Source of the DNA: Eledone cirrhosa
Lineage: Eukaryota
Length of the DNA: 64,000 nucleotides
Direction of reading: 5' to 3'
Assembly: GCA_964016885.1 (NCBI GenBank)
Contig: OZ024741.1
Coordinates: 223,882,001-223,946,000, forward strand
Below, piece after piece: positions 12,355-23,683 of the stretch; positions within the stretch are counted from its first letter, which is position 1; each line of letters opens with the position of its first letter. Under the pieces are notes generated by a model that did not search any database, was not told the DNA's origin, and saw nothing but the letters and a program-made list of their open reading frames with translations. The position numbers were made by a program, and so were the translations under genes.

Positions 12355-13828
12355 TTGTTACATAATAAGGTTATGTTTCCGAGGCAATCCAAACTGAATC
12401 GACATGGGAACGGATGAAGTTCGTGCTTTTGGGTTTTTCATCCGTTCCCCTGTGAGTACCAATTCACCCCCACCAGTCTGCGCAAGTGCATGTCCGAAGG
12501 AAGTTGACCATTAGCCACCGCAGATTTTAACGAAATTCGCTGTCAGTTCACCCTCTCGGCCAAAACAATGGCCCACCTATGCCCTACGAAAGTTTACTGC
12601 TACCCATCACTACTGTGGCAGTCAGCCGAAAGCCAGAGGGGATGGGAGGGTGTTAGTTTTTATAGGTCATAATACTACCTTTCACTAAGCGTTGACAGCA
12701 AGACTGACCATCAACTCATAAGGGAAAATTAACTTAATTCTTACCATGGTTTTACATTGTAAGTTAAGATTTGGAAATAAAAATAAAAAATAAAAATCCT
12801 AAATCAAATATCAGAGATTATAAATTAAACAACTAAAAATTAAAAAATTCTAAATTCAAAAATTTTTCAAGTGATAATTCGGATTGAGTAAAAATATACA
12901 TTGAAGTGAGTAAATAATATGGAGAGAGATGTTTAAGTAATAAGTTCTGAGAGGGATTCTAGTGTCACAGTTACTCTATCCACATATTGAACGACAGTGC
13001 CGTACATTATAACGGAGGGCAGACTACAGGGTTCAAGGCATTAGTCAATCTGTTACACGGTCATAATTTCCATCACATGGAACAAAATAAAAAAAAAACA
13101 GACATAAAGTACACAAAAGAAAAGAAAAGAACAGAACCAATAGTGAATAAATGCAAAAACACAGAGTACATATATGCAAAATGATTCATATGATTGTCCA
13201 TCTGTCCATGTATAGATTGAATTGAGGGGGCTTCTGTTCAAATGCGATTTGGTGCAGGAAAATAGGGGTTTATCTTATTTTTTGTTTCCGTGTATTTATC
13301 CTGCCGAAAGTTACTATTACGCCCGTCCAGTGTCAGGGGTTTTCATCCCCATGGTAGAGGGAATTTCCGGGGTAGCTCTTGGTTGGTTCCTCTCCTCTCC
13401 ACCATATCGGTTACATCATAGAGTGCTCAACTAATCGGAGCTAAATTATTAGGGTTAACATTGATGCAATTCAATTCAAGCACTCAACGTACTTTTTCCA
13501 CATAGGAGTGACGGAGTAAATATCGAATAAGGAAAAGCGAAGTAGTTTCAGATGTTCAAGTCCTTTAATAATAATGCTGTGATATATATTTCAATGACGA
13601 CACTGGCCGTACTGTTCTGTGTGCAAGTGTTGTGTCATCATGCCAGTGTTGTCATTGAAATATATATCACAGCATTATTATTAAAGGATTTGAACATCTG
13701 AAACTACTTCGCTTTTCCTTATTCGATATTTACTCCGTCACTCTTATGTGGAAAAAGTACGTTGAGTGCTTGAATTGAATTGCATCAATGTTAACCCTAA
13801 TAATACATATATATATATATATATAAAT

Positions 13829-14440
13829 ATATACGTGAACGACAAAGCATAAATGAATTGAGAGAGAGACTGAGCATAAGAGGAATCAAATGCTGTGTGC
13901 AGGAGAGGCGGTTGCGCTGGTATGGACATGTGATGCGTATGAAGGATGACAGCTGCATAAAAAGGTGCAGAGCACTAGAAGTTGATGGAAACCGCGGAGT
14001 GGGGAGACCCAAGATGACCTGGGATGAGGTGATAAAAGCCGACCTTACCCAATTACACCTCTCAAAGTCAATGACACACGACCGTGACTTCTGGCGTCAC
14101 GCAGTAATACAGAGTACCCGACCTCCCATGGGTACATGCTGAAGCATATAGACAATATGCCCCCACACCCTCCAACGCAAGGTGGTCGTGGAGGTGCCAC
14201 GGCAAAAAAGCACCCAGCCCACACTGTAAAGTGGACGTGTAGGCGCCACGAAAAAGCACCCAGCACTCACTGTATATGAGGTTGGTGTTAGGAAGGGCAT
14301 CCAGCTGTAGAAATCAAGCCAGATCAGTTCCTGTATGAGCAAGGCATGGTCAGCCGACCAGACACTGCCCACAGCAGGACAACCCGTCTAACCCATGCTA
14401 GCATGGAAGAGCGGACGTAAAACAGTGATGATGATGATGA
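13829..14440 (+). mobile_element. RTE LINE sister subfamily 3' fragment (likely donor of the SINE-A tail)
   Basis: ERLSIRGIKCCVQERRLRWYGHVMRM...; its 3' UTR from ~14180 matches the SINE-A 3' half. Confidence 0.88.
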
Positions 14441-14730
14441 TACATTCATATATACATATTTATATGTATGTATATATGTACATATATATATATATATAAA
14501 TATATACATTCATATATACATATTTATATATATGTATATATGTACATATATATATATAAATAAATACATACATTTATATATATATATATATTTCTGTATA
14601 TATATATATAAATATGTATATATGTATGTATATATTTATATATATATATGTATATATGTACATATATATATATATTATATACATATAAACATATATATAT
14701 AGATATAGATATAGATACATAAATATACAT

Positions 14731-14762
<32 letters not shown>

Positions 14763-14774
14763 GCACTTATGTAT

Positions 14775-14987
14775 GGCTATTGGATAAAGGGGTGCCAGGA
14801 GTTGAAGTGGAAGAGGAAAACCAAGGAAGAGATAGACAGAAGTGGTGAAAGCTGATCTCATAGTGATGAATCACACAAAGGGGATATGAAAGGAAAAACA
14901 CAAAAAATGGTGAGATGCAGCTCTAAAGAGGACCCACCCAGCCCATGCAAACATGGAAAAATGTACTTACAATGGTAATGTTAATGT

Positions 14988-14990
<3 letters not shown>
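14775..14990 (+). mobile_element. Degenerate RTE 3' end
   Basis: GRGKPRK-like coding remnant and CCCATGCAAACATGGAAAA tail. Confidence 0.55.
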
Positions 14991-15022
<32 letters not shown>

Positions 15023-15216
15023 TATTGTTATACTTGGGGAGGGTCATATTGTTATAATATTGCCAGAAATAATAACAGAACACACCCATTGTTTGATTTT
15101 GGTTGGTTTTCGCTCCTGTATTTTTTATATCTCCATAGTTAATTTATTTGGCAATCAATGTTTATCATTGATTGACCAACGATTAAAAATACAGATATAT
15201 ATATATATATATAGTC

Positions 15217-15260
15217 TATCAAAGTTCTTTTGTCACACATCTGTGACATCATCAGTGGTA
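15217..15260 (-). ncRNA. Decayed minimal hammerhead (G12>A) in a repeat shared with 19060-19400
   Basis: TACCA-CTGATGA-T-GTCACA-GATG-TGTGAC-aAAA-GAAC-TT-TGATA. Confidence 0.55.
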
Positions 15261-15550
15261 CTATTATGTTTCATTAACATTAACATCAACTTTATAAATA
15301 TATATATATATAATCATCTAACATCTGCTTTCCAGCTAGAAGGAGCTGGTTGGGTCGACAGCAGACCAGTTTGGTATTTAAAGCAGACATGCAAACTACA
15401 CCATGGGCCGGGAGCCTGCAATTCTTTATTAGGGCCAAGTTTGAGTCCTGTTTTCGGATGCTAGTCCTTCATCAGAAGATACAGGAAAGTGACAAGAGGA
15501 AGAAACATAAAAGAATTGGGGGAGAAAAAGCGTGTTCCTAAGCCATTTAA

Positions 15551-16430
15551 ATCATCATCATCATCATCATCAACGTTTAACGTCCGTGTTCCACGCTTGC
15601 ATGGGTTTGGACGGGGGTAGTCCCACTTGAGGCAAGAGTGATTGTCTTGCTCGCATAGGACTGTCTGGCAGGTTTTCTACAGTTGGATGCCCTTCCTAAC
15701 ACCAACCACATTTACAGTGTGGGTCTGGGAGGTTTTTACCGTGTTGCCTACACGGCCACATTACAGCGTGGACTGTGTGTTTTTTTGTCGTGACACCTAC
15801 ACGTTCTCATTTGTTTCGGCCTCGATGGCGCGGCACCAACATAACTTTACATAGAACGGGGTGGTGTGGATCGGGTGGGGGTGGGGGTGGTGGGACGGGG
15901 TGTATTTTGTTAGAGATGCCTACTGGCTGGAGTAGGTTTTACTATATATTTAGGTAAGGCGGGTCTTCTCTGTTACTGAGTACCGCCAAAGGTCTCGGTC
16001 CAGTGACATTGTCTTGGAGAGGTGTAAGTGTGTGATGTCGGAGTTTATCAGCTCGTCCCAGGTTTTTCTAGGTCTGCCTATTCCGTGACTACCGTCTATC
16101 TTTATTGCCCTGCACTTTGTTATACAGCTATCGACTTTCATGCGCATCACGTGTCCATACCAACGTAGCCTTCTCTCGAGTAAACAACATCTGATCCCTC
16201 TTATCTCTAATTTATTCCTTAGTTCGTTTATGCTTTGCCGTTCACGTATATTACTGTTACACATCCAGCGGAGCATGCAAGCTTCGTTCCTCTCTAGTCT
16301 GCGTATATCCTCTGCACACAATGCCCAGGTCTCACTGCCATGCAGCATTGCTGTTCGTATGCAGGCATCGTACAACCTGCCTTTCATTTTTAGTGAGAAC
16401 CCTTTAGCAGCTAATAGTGGTATAAGCTCT
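15551..16430 (-). mobile_element. RTE LINE 3' fragment, young subfamily
   Basis: ORF 15950-16387; nearly identical to 29931-30810. Confidence 0.93.
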
Positions 16431-16524
16431 AAATATATATATAAATAGATAGATCATTTTACAGAGTGTACTGAATGCATTTTATTGTATGACTAGCTCT
16501 TGGAGGATTGTAATGTTTTTGACA

Positions 16525-16850
16525 CATCATCATCCAGTGGCCTCAGCTGAAATCGAGTCAACTATTGATCTCCACGTGGGTCTGTCGTTCATTGCCATTG
16601 CCAAGTCCTGGATTTTAATACCAGAACCTCTGGCGATGACATCAGGATAGGAGTGCTTGCACCCCCTGTTATTAGTGACTGCTGTAGCTTCCAGAGGACT
16701 TGTGGGGACACAGCCTCAGAGGTGGCATGATGGCAGTGGCCAGCAAATCTTACTCTCCTATTACATACAACAACAGATATGCATGGGAGGCCAGCATATA
16801 TTTCTTTCAAAGTCAGATGTTGCCAGCTTATGTTCTGAATAGGTGCCATC
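16525..16850 (-). mobile_element. 3' fragment of a different RTE-clade LINE
   Basis: QNISWQHLTLKEIYAGLP..RRVRFAGHCHH..LW and ..AMNDRPTWRSIV; short (GAT)n tail. Confidence 0.65.
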
Positions 16851-17537
16851 AAGGCACCTTTGTTGTTTTTGACACACTTGATGGGTCCTCTCAACCATTT
16901 GTTTGGCTGGGACCAACACCAACCACATTACAGAGTGTAGGGGGTAGTATTATTGTATCAGCAGCACTAGAGAAGTTGTGGGTCGTTGACTCAACTGAAG
17001 AGCACTCTTAACCTTAGGAGTGGGGGTGTCTTGTCTGAAATGAGCCATATTTTTGTGGGGGAGGAATAGAATGGGAGAAGGATGATAGGCATGAATGACA
17101 TGAGTAAGTGACATTAGGTGGGAGGGGAGATGACAACTATGATGTCATAGGTAGATGATACATATGATGGGTTTTAAAAGAGTGAAAAAGAATGTCATGG
17201 CTGTAGGACAAGTGTGTGTCAAATGTGATGGGATTTAATAGGATAATGTGAGAGAGGTGTAGAAGATGGATGTGATCTCCCTGAGGGAGAGGGCACAATA
17301 ACAGGGAGAATAGTTACTAAAAAGCTATGACTGTTGTATTGGGATTTAAATAGGTGGGAGTGGTGGGGGCACAGTGCCAGAAAGACTAGTTACTAAGGAG
17401 TTACAGTGGAGGGAAGTATATGTGTGGGTCAGGTCACATTCATATTTTAATACTTGATAGGCCAGTCTTGTCCAGTGTGGCATGTCACCAATCGGCGCAA
17501 CCCATTACCCTCTCTGTTATCAGGTTCAACTTCCTAT

Positions 17538-17571
<34 letters not shown>

Positions 17572-17693
17572 CATTATGATTGTAGTGTTTGTGGTGCAAG
17601 CAGTAATGGTGTAGCAGTGTTGGCGATTGTGGTGCCTAGGACCTGAGGTCAACTATACTTTTCTTATTTTCTTTCTATCTATGGTTGAAATAT

Positions 17694-17769
<76 letters not shown>

Positions 17770-17778
17770 ATATATATA

Positions 17779-19011
17779 TCATCATCATCATCATCATCTT
17801 TGTTTAATGTCCATCTTCCACGCTACCATGGGTTAGACGGGAGTTATCCCACTTGAGGCAAGGTTGGTCAGGTGACCGTGTCTCGCTCATATAGGACTAT
17901 CTGGTTTTCTACGGCTGGATGCCCTTCCTAACACCAACCACATTTACAGTGTGGACTGGGAACTTTTTACCGTGTTACCTACACGGCCACATTACAGCAT
18001 AGACTGTGTTTTTTTTGTCGTGACACCTACACGATCTCAATCTCGATCTCATTTATTTGGACTGGATGTTGTGGCACCAACTTTACAGAGAGAGGGTGGT
18101 GACATTGGTCGGAATTTATCAGATTGTCACAAGTTTTTCTGGGTCTACCTACTCTGTAACTACCTACACTTTTTTATACAGCTGTCATCTTTCATGCGCA
18201 TCACGTGGCCGCCCCAACGTAATCTTCTCTCAAGTAAACAGCATCTGATCCCTCTTATTCCTAATTTCTCTCTTAGTTCATTTATGCTTTGCCGTTCATG
18301 TATTGCACATCCAACGGAGCATGCATGCTTCGTTCCTTTCCAGTCTGTGCAGGTCCTCTGCATGCAATGCTGTCTCACTGCCCTGTAGCATTGCTACTTA
18401 TTGCACCAGAGCATCGGCCACATATAAAGTCTACGTTCTTAGATAGTTTACCTGTGATCCCACTACATCTTTTATGTACCCATAATTTGCATTTGGGACA
18501 TAACATGGAATTTCTGCCTACACCTTTCCTACACACTGAGCATGGCCATTTCCCTAGAACTTTAGTCTTAGACAAGTTAACTTTAAGGCCTTTTGATTCT
18601 AGGCTGTGCTTCCATGTTTGGAATTTCTTCTCTAGTTCAGCCATAGATTCAGCTATGAGCGTTAGATCATCTGTGTATAGGAATTCCCATGGGCAGCCGG
18701 TCTTAAACTCCTCTGTTATAGCCAGAAGGGCAATAATAAATAGGAGGGGGCTAAGGACAGAGCCTTGATGAGCACCAACTTTTACACTAAATTCTTCACA
18801 ATATTCATTGTTAATTCTAACCTTACTGACTGTTTCTTTATACATAGCTTGTGTAGCTCTCACAAGCCATTCATGTACACCTAGTTTTCTAAGAGCCCAC
18901 CAGATAATGGAGCAGCGGACTCTGTCAAAGGCTTTCTCCAGGTCTACAAAAGCTAAGTAGAGGGTTTACTTTTAGCTAGGTACTTTTCCTGTAATTGTCG
19001 TACAAGGAAAA
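17779..19011 (-). mobile_element. RTE LINE copy with multiple internal deletions
   Basis: ORF 18375-18863 (GAHQGSVLSP, YTDD, PHD finger), 3' UTR, (GAT)n. Confidence 0.88.
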
Positions 19012-19088
19012 TAAACAAATAAATAAATATATAAACAGACTAAATAAAGATGGCGTAGAAAATACAATGTAACGGGAGGAAACAATAG

Positions 19089-19132
19089 CACCACTGACAA
19101 TGTTGCAGATGTGCAACGAAAGATTTATGATA
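19089..19132 (+). ncRNA. Decayed minimal hammerhead (G8>A)
   Basis: CACCA-CTGACaA-T-GTTGCA-GATG-TGCAAC-GAAA-GATT-TA-TGATA. Confidence 0.55.
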
Positions 19133-19457
19133 AACTATATATATGTGTTTGTATCTATATTGTATCTGTATTATTTTTGACCGTCGGTCAGTCAATGGCA
19201 ACATCGAGGACCGAATAAATTAGATTACCGATATAAAAGACACAGAAGCGAAAAGCGAAAACCAACCAAACAATGAGTGTGTTCTGTTATTAATTCTGGC
19301 AATATTACACAAATATGACCCTCCCCAAGTATAACAATATTTGTTTCGACACACGATTTCATATAAAAAACCTCGCAAAACTAATTCATCGCCGTTATAT
19401 ATGTATGTATATATATATATATGTATGTATATGTATATATATGTATGTATATGTATG

Positions 19458-19522
<65 letters not shown>

Positions 19523-19565
19523 TTGTATATATATATATATACAAGGGCAAATATATATATATATA

Positions 19566-20022
19566 CAAGGGCAAAGGAGCTCTTAAGAGTCAATTGCCAT
19601 CCAAAATCACCGGGAGAGATGACCCCTTAGCCTTTGTTAAGGCAGAATTCTAGGAGAAGGAAAACTCTGATATAACACCTGCAACCCTGATGGTATCCAA
19701 TGATGTTGACTTGTTCTTCTTTTTGGTAAATATCATCTTGGTTAAGAGAGTGGGACTGGCTTTGTGCAGTGCCTTTGCTCACTATAAAAGCTTCACGGCA
19801 CAGGCATTGCTTTATATCTGGAGATCTCTCCGCACTTGTCGTCACATGGTACCATGGGCCCAGCACTATGTGTCAATAATTGTCACAAGTGTAGTGTTTG
19901 TACCAGAGTTTTCAAGTCGCTGGCTGGACTAAAAAGTCACACTCGTTCAGCGCATCGGTAGGGGTTCTCCTACATGGATATAAAGTAGTGGCCGTACTTG
20001 AAAACGAGTTGGCAGCCACCAT
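19566..20022 (+). mobile_element. Bipartite non-autonomous RTE derivative, 5'-truncated copy
   Basis: Matches 20355-20810. Confidence 0.7.
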
Positions 20023-20077
20023 GTGTGTATATATATATATATATGTATGTTTGTATATATATATATATATATATGTT

Positions 20078-20124
<47 letters not shown>

Positions 20125-20200
20125 ATATATATATATATATGTGTATGTATATATATATGTATGTTTGTATATATATATATACATACACATATATATATAT

Positions 20201-20810
20201 GTCAGGTCACCAGTTGGTGCTACTGGTAACATGTATCCCAGTACAACCTGTCCCATGGTCGGGTCGTTGGCGACTAAACTGGCAACCCCACCAAGATTTC
20301 TTGGTGAGGAGGGTGACTTTGGACATCCTGCAGGACTAAAAACAAAACCTGTCAAAGGGCAAAGGAGCTCTTAAGAGTCAATGACCATTCAAAATCACTG
20401 GGAGAGATGACCCCTTAGCCTTTGTCAAGGCAGAATTCTAGGAGAAGGAAAACTCTGATATAACACCTGCAACCATGATGGTATCCAATGATGTTGACTT
20501 GTTCTTCTTTTTGGTAAATATCATCTTGGTTAAGAGACTGGGACTGGCTTTGTGCAGTGCCTTTGCTCACTATAAAAGTTTCACGGCACAGGCATTGCTT
20601 TATATCTGGAGATCTCTCTGCACTTGTCGTCACATGGTACCATGGGCCCAGCACTATGTGCCAATAATTGCCACAAGTGTAGTGTTTGTGCCAGAGTTTT
20701 CAAGTTGCTGGCTGGACTAAAAAGTCACACTCGTTCAGCGCATCGGTAGGGGTTCTCCTACATGGATATAAAGTAGTGGCCGTACTCGAAAACGAGTTGG
20801 CAGCCACCAT
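20201..20810 (+). mobile_element. Bipartite non-autonomous RTE derivative (~610 bp)
   Basis: RTE 5'UTR-like motif GGAGAAGGAAAACTCTGA and a C-terminal C2H2 remnant [21 protein letters not shown]; three close copies. Confidence 0.7.
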
Positions 20811-20853
20811 ATATATATATATGTATGTTTGTATATATATATATATATGTTTG

Positions 20854-20886
<33 letters not shown>

Positions 20887-20980
20887 ATATATATATATAT
20901 ATATGTGTATGTATATATATATGTATGTTTGTATATATATATATATATATGTATGTATATATATATATATATATATATAT

Positions 20981-21312
20981 GGCGGCACATGGCTTAGTGG
21001 TTAGAGCATTGGCCTTGCAATTGAAAGGTTGTGAGTTCAATTCTCAGACCGGGTGATGTGTTGTTTCCTTGAGCAAGACACTTTATTTCACATTGCTCCA
21101 GTTTACTCAGCTGTAGAAATGAGATGATAGGGACTGGGGTTCATATCATTCCACTGCAAAGTGGTCGTGGAGGTGCCACGGCAAAAACCACCCAGCACTC
21201 ACTGTAAATGAGGTTGGTGTTAGGAAGGGCATCCAGCTGTAGAAATCAAGCCAGAACCAGTTCCCGTCCCACCCTTGCAAGCAGGGAAAAGTGGACGTAA
21301 AATGATGATGAT
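20981..21312 (+). mobile_element. SINE-A
   Basis: Box A/B, CORE-like segment, RTE tail. Confidence 0.85.
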
Positions 21313-21350
21313 ATATATATATGTGTATGTATATATATATATATATATGC

Positions 21351-21395
<45 letters not shown>

Positions 21396-21530
21396 TATAT
21401 ATATATATATATGTTTGTATGTATATATATAATATATATATATATATATATGTTTGTATGTATATATATATATATATATATATGTATTTGTATATATATG
21501 TATATGTATATATGTATATGTATATATGTG

Positions 21531-21575
<45 letters not shown>

Positions 21576-21726
21576 CTATAAATATATATGTATATGTGTA
21601 TATATATATATATGTATATGTATATATGTGTATATTTATATGTGTATGTGTATATATGTATATGTATATATATATATATGTATATGTGTATATATATATG
21701 TATATGTGTATATATATATATGTATA

Positions 21727-21763
<37 letters not shown>

Positions 21764-22070
21764 GTATATGTGTATATATATATGTATATGTGTGTATGTA
21801 TATGTGTATATATATATCTGTATATGTGTGTGTGTATATGTATATATATATGTATATGTATATGTGTATATATATATATGTACATGTGTGTGTGTATATA
21901 TGTATATGTATATATATATGTATGTATGTGTATATATATATATGTATATGTGTATATATATATGTATATGTGTGTGTGTATATGTATATATATATATATA
22001 TATGTATTTGTGTGTGTGTATATATGTATATGTATATATATGTATATGTGTGTATATATATGTGTATATG

Positions 22071-22110
<40 letters not shown>

Positions 22111-22113
22111 TAT
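21312..22113. repeat. ~800-bp compound (TA)/(TG) microsatellite
   Basis: Read directly from the sequence. Confidence 0.95.
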
Positions 22114-22374
22114 ACTAAGGATAGTATTCAATTGACTCTCCCTTGTGTATAGTTAAAGAGAAAGCCAGTATTTCCCCAGTAAATCTGTTCTGTTCAGAAA
22201 CATTACTCAGTGTATTACTAACAAGACAAAGATCGGCCATGTTAGAAAATAGCAACTTTTACTGTCTGTCACAAGCAAACCAAGATAAAATTTGTTCAAT
22301 TTCACATGTGTAAGCATCTTAAGTCTGAAGTAGACAGACGCACATTGTGTTTTATTCAATACCTCGATTCTCAG

Positions 22375-22630
22375 TTCCGCCAAAACAGTTTGGGAAGAGA
22401 AACATCAGCAGCAGCTTGAGTTTAGATGACAGAATATAATCAATAGTTCACAATAGAAATAATATTATTTCTTCTGTCTGACCAATCGTATTAGAGCAAT
22501 TCTACTTCAATCAACCAATGAACATTAGAAATAGATTGCCCCTTATCAATCATGTCTAGCTTGTTTGTTCAACTGACCAATCACCTCCTGCTTATCTCGT
22601 GGTTTGTAGCTGTAACTGACTGACCAATCA
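22375..22630. promoter_or_regulatory. Candidate promoter: phased CCAAT (NF-Y) cluster plus E2F-like site
   Basis: CCAAT at 22482, 22515, 22577 and 22624, TCAAT variant at 22546; TTCCGCCAAAA at 22375. Confidence 0.35.
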
Positions 22631-23007
22631 TATCTTTTCTTTTACAGCTAACTGGCAATTCTAAGTGTCTTGTGAATTTAATTTAGCATGTTGTGAGATG
22701 TGGCTAAAAGGGTTGGCATCAGCAAGGGCATCTGGCTGTAAAGCATTGTCTCAAAACATCTCTTCCAAATTATGCAAGCATGGAAAAGTGGATGTAAAAA
22801 TGCTGATGATGATGGTGATGATGACCAACTGTGTCTAACTCTTAAAATTAACTGGACAGTTACATATATCATCATCGTTTTTACATCCACTTTTACCATA
22901 TATATATGTTTAATATATATATATATATATAAAAGTAGCGAAACAAACGGTTATTAAAAAATTTTCTAAATAAATTAAAAAATGATTAAATAATCACCTG
23001 TTCAGAT

Positions 23008-23088
23008 GCTGTTACCGACGGTTTCATCATTCCGAAAGATTGGAAATCCAACGAATTTCCAATGGAAAGAAATGAATCTTCAGACAGC
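23008..23088 (-). ncRNA. Type I hammerhead ribozyme motif
   Basis: GCTGT-CTGAAGA-T-TCATT..ATTGGAAAT/ATTTCCAAT..AATGA-T-GAAA-CCGTCGG-TA-ACAGC; GUA triplet. Confidence 0.8.
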
Positions 23089-23218
23089 CCCATTTCCACG
23101 CTATAAGGTATAGCAAGTAAATATTCTGCTCCCTGCCCAACGCATGCGGTCAAGCCTTTAAAGTGACACACACGCAAATCAGGTCGCTGACATTGTACCT
23201 GTTGAAGTATCCATCCAC

Positions 23219-23271
<53 letters not shown>

Positions 23272-23683
23272 ATATTTGCGTTTTGTGCTCATAATTTGGC
23301 ATTAATAATATACTTGTTGGATTGGATGCCCTTCCTATCACCAGCACCACTTTACAACATGAACTGGGTGCTTTTATTTATGCTACCAGCACTAGAGAGG
23401 TTGTCTTACTGGACTCACCACCGCATACTTTATCATGGTTTTCAATGGCTGAATGCCACTTCCATCACCTCCATTTTACAGCAAGGGAGACCATGAAAAA
23501 CATGGGTGGAGGTGGTGAGAGCTGATCTCAGATCGCTGAAGCTCACAGAGGAGATGACGAAGGACTTTGACAAATGCTGAGAGGGCCCGTCCCACCCTTG
23601 CAAGCAGGAAAAAGTGGACGTAAAATGATGATGAAATGATGATGATGATGATAATGATATGTATTATATATATTATATTAACA

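Larger units (their letters stand above)
12046..13804 (-). mobile_element. Non-coding hammerhead-bearing element (retrozyme / non-autonomous Penelope-like) with direct terminal repeats and an inverted 5' repeat
   Basis: 12046-12346 (minus a SINE insertion) is repeated at 13526-13641; 13642-13804 is an inverted copy of 13445-13607; the repeat carries an HHR; (TA)n on both flanks; no long ORF. Confidence 0.65.

Noticed and set aside
21220-22152. Long IYIY/HTHT ORFs (also 6904-7218, 19898-20374 and 45322-49880)
   Set aside because: Translations of microsatellite or satellite DNA that lack stop codons.
23006-23107. Possible plus-strand exon (ttcag/ATG...AAG/gtatag)
   Set aside because: Weak splice signals and no recognisable protein; better explained by the minus-strand hammerhead module.
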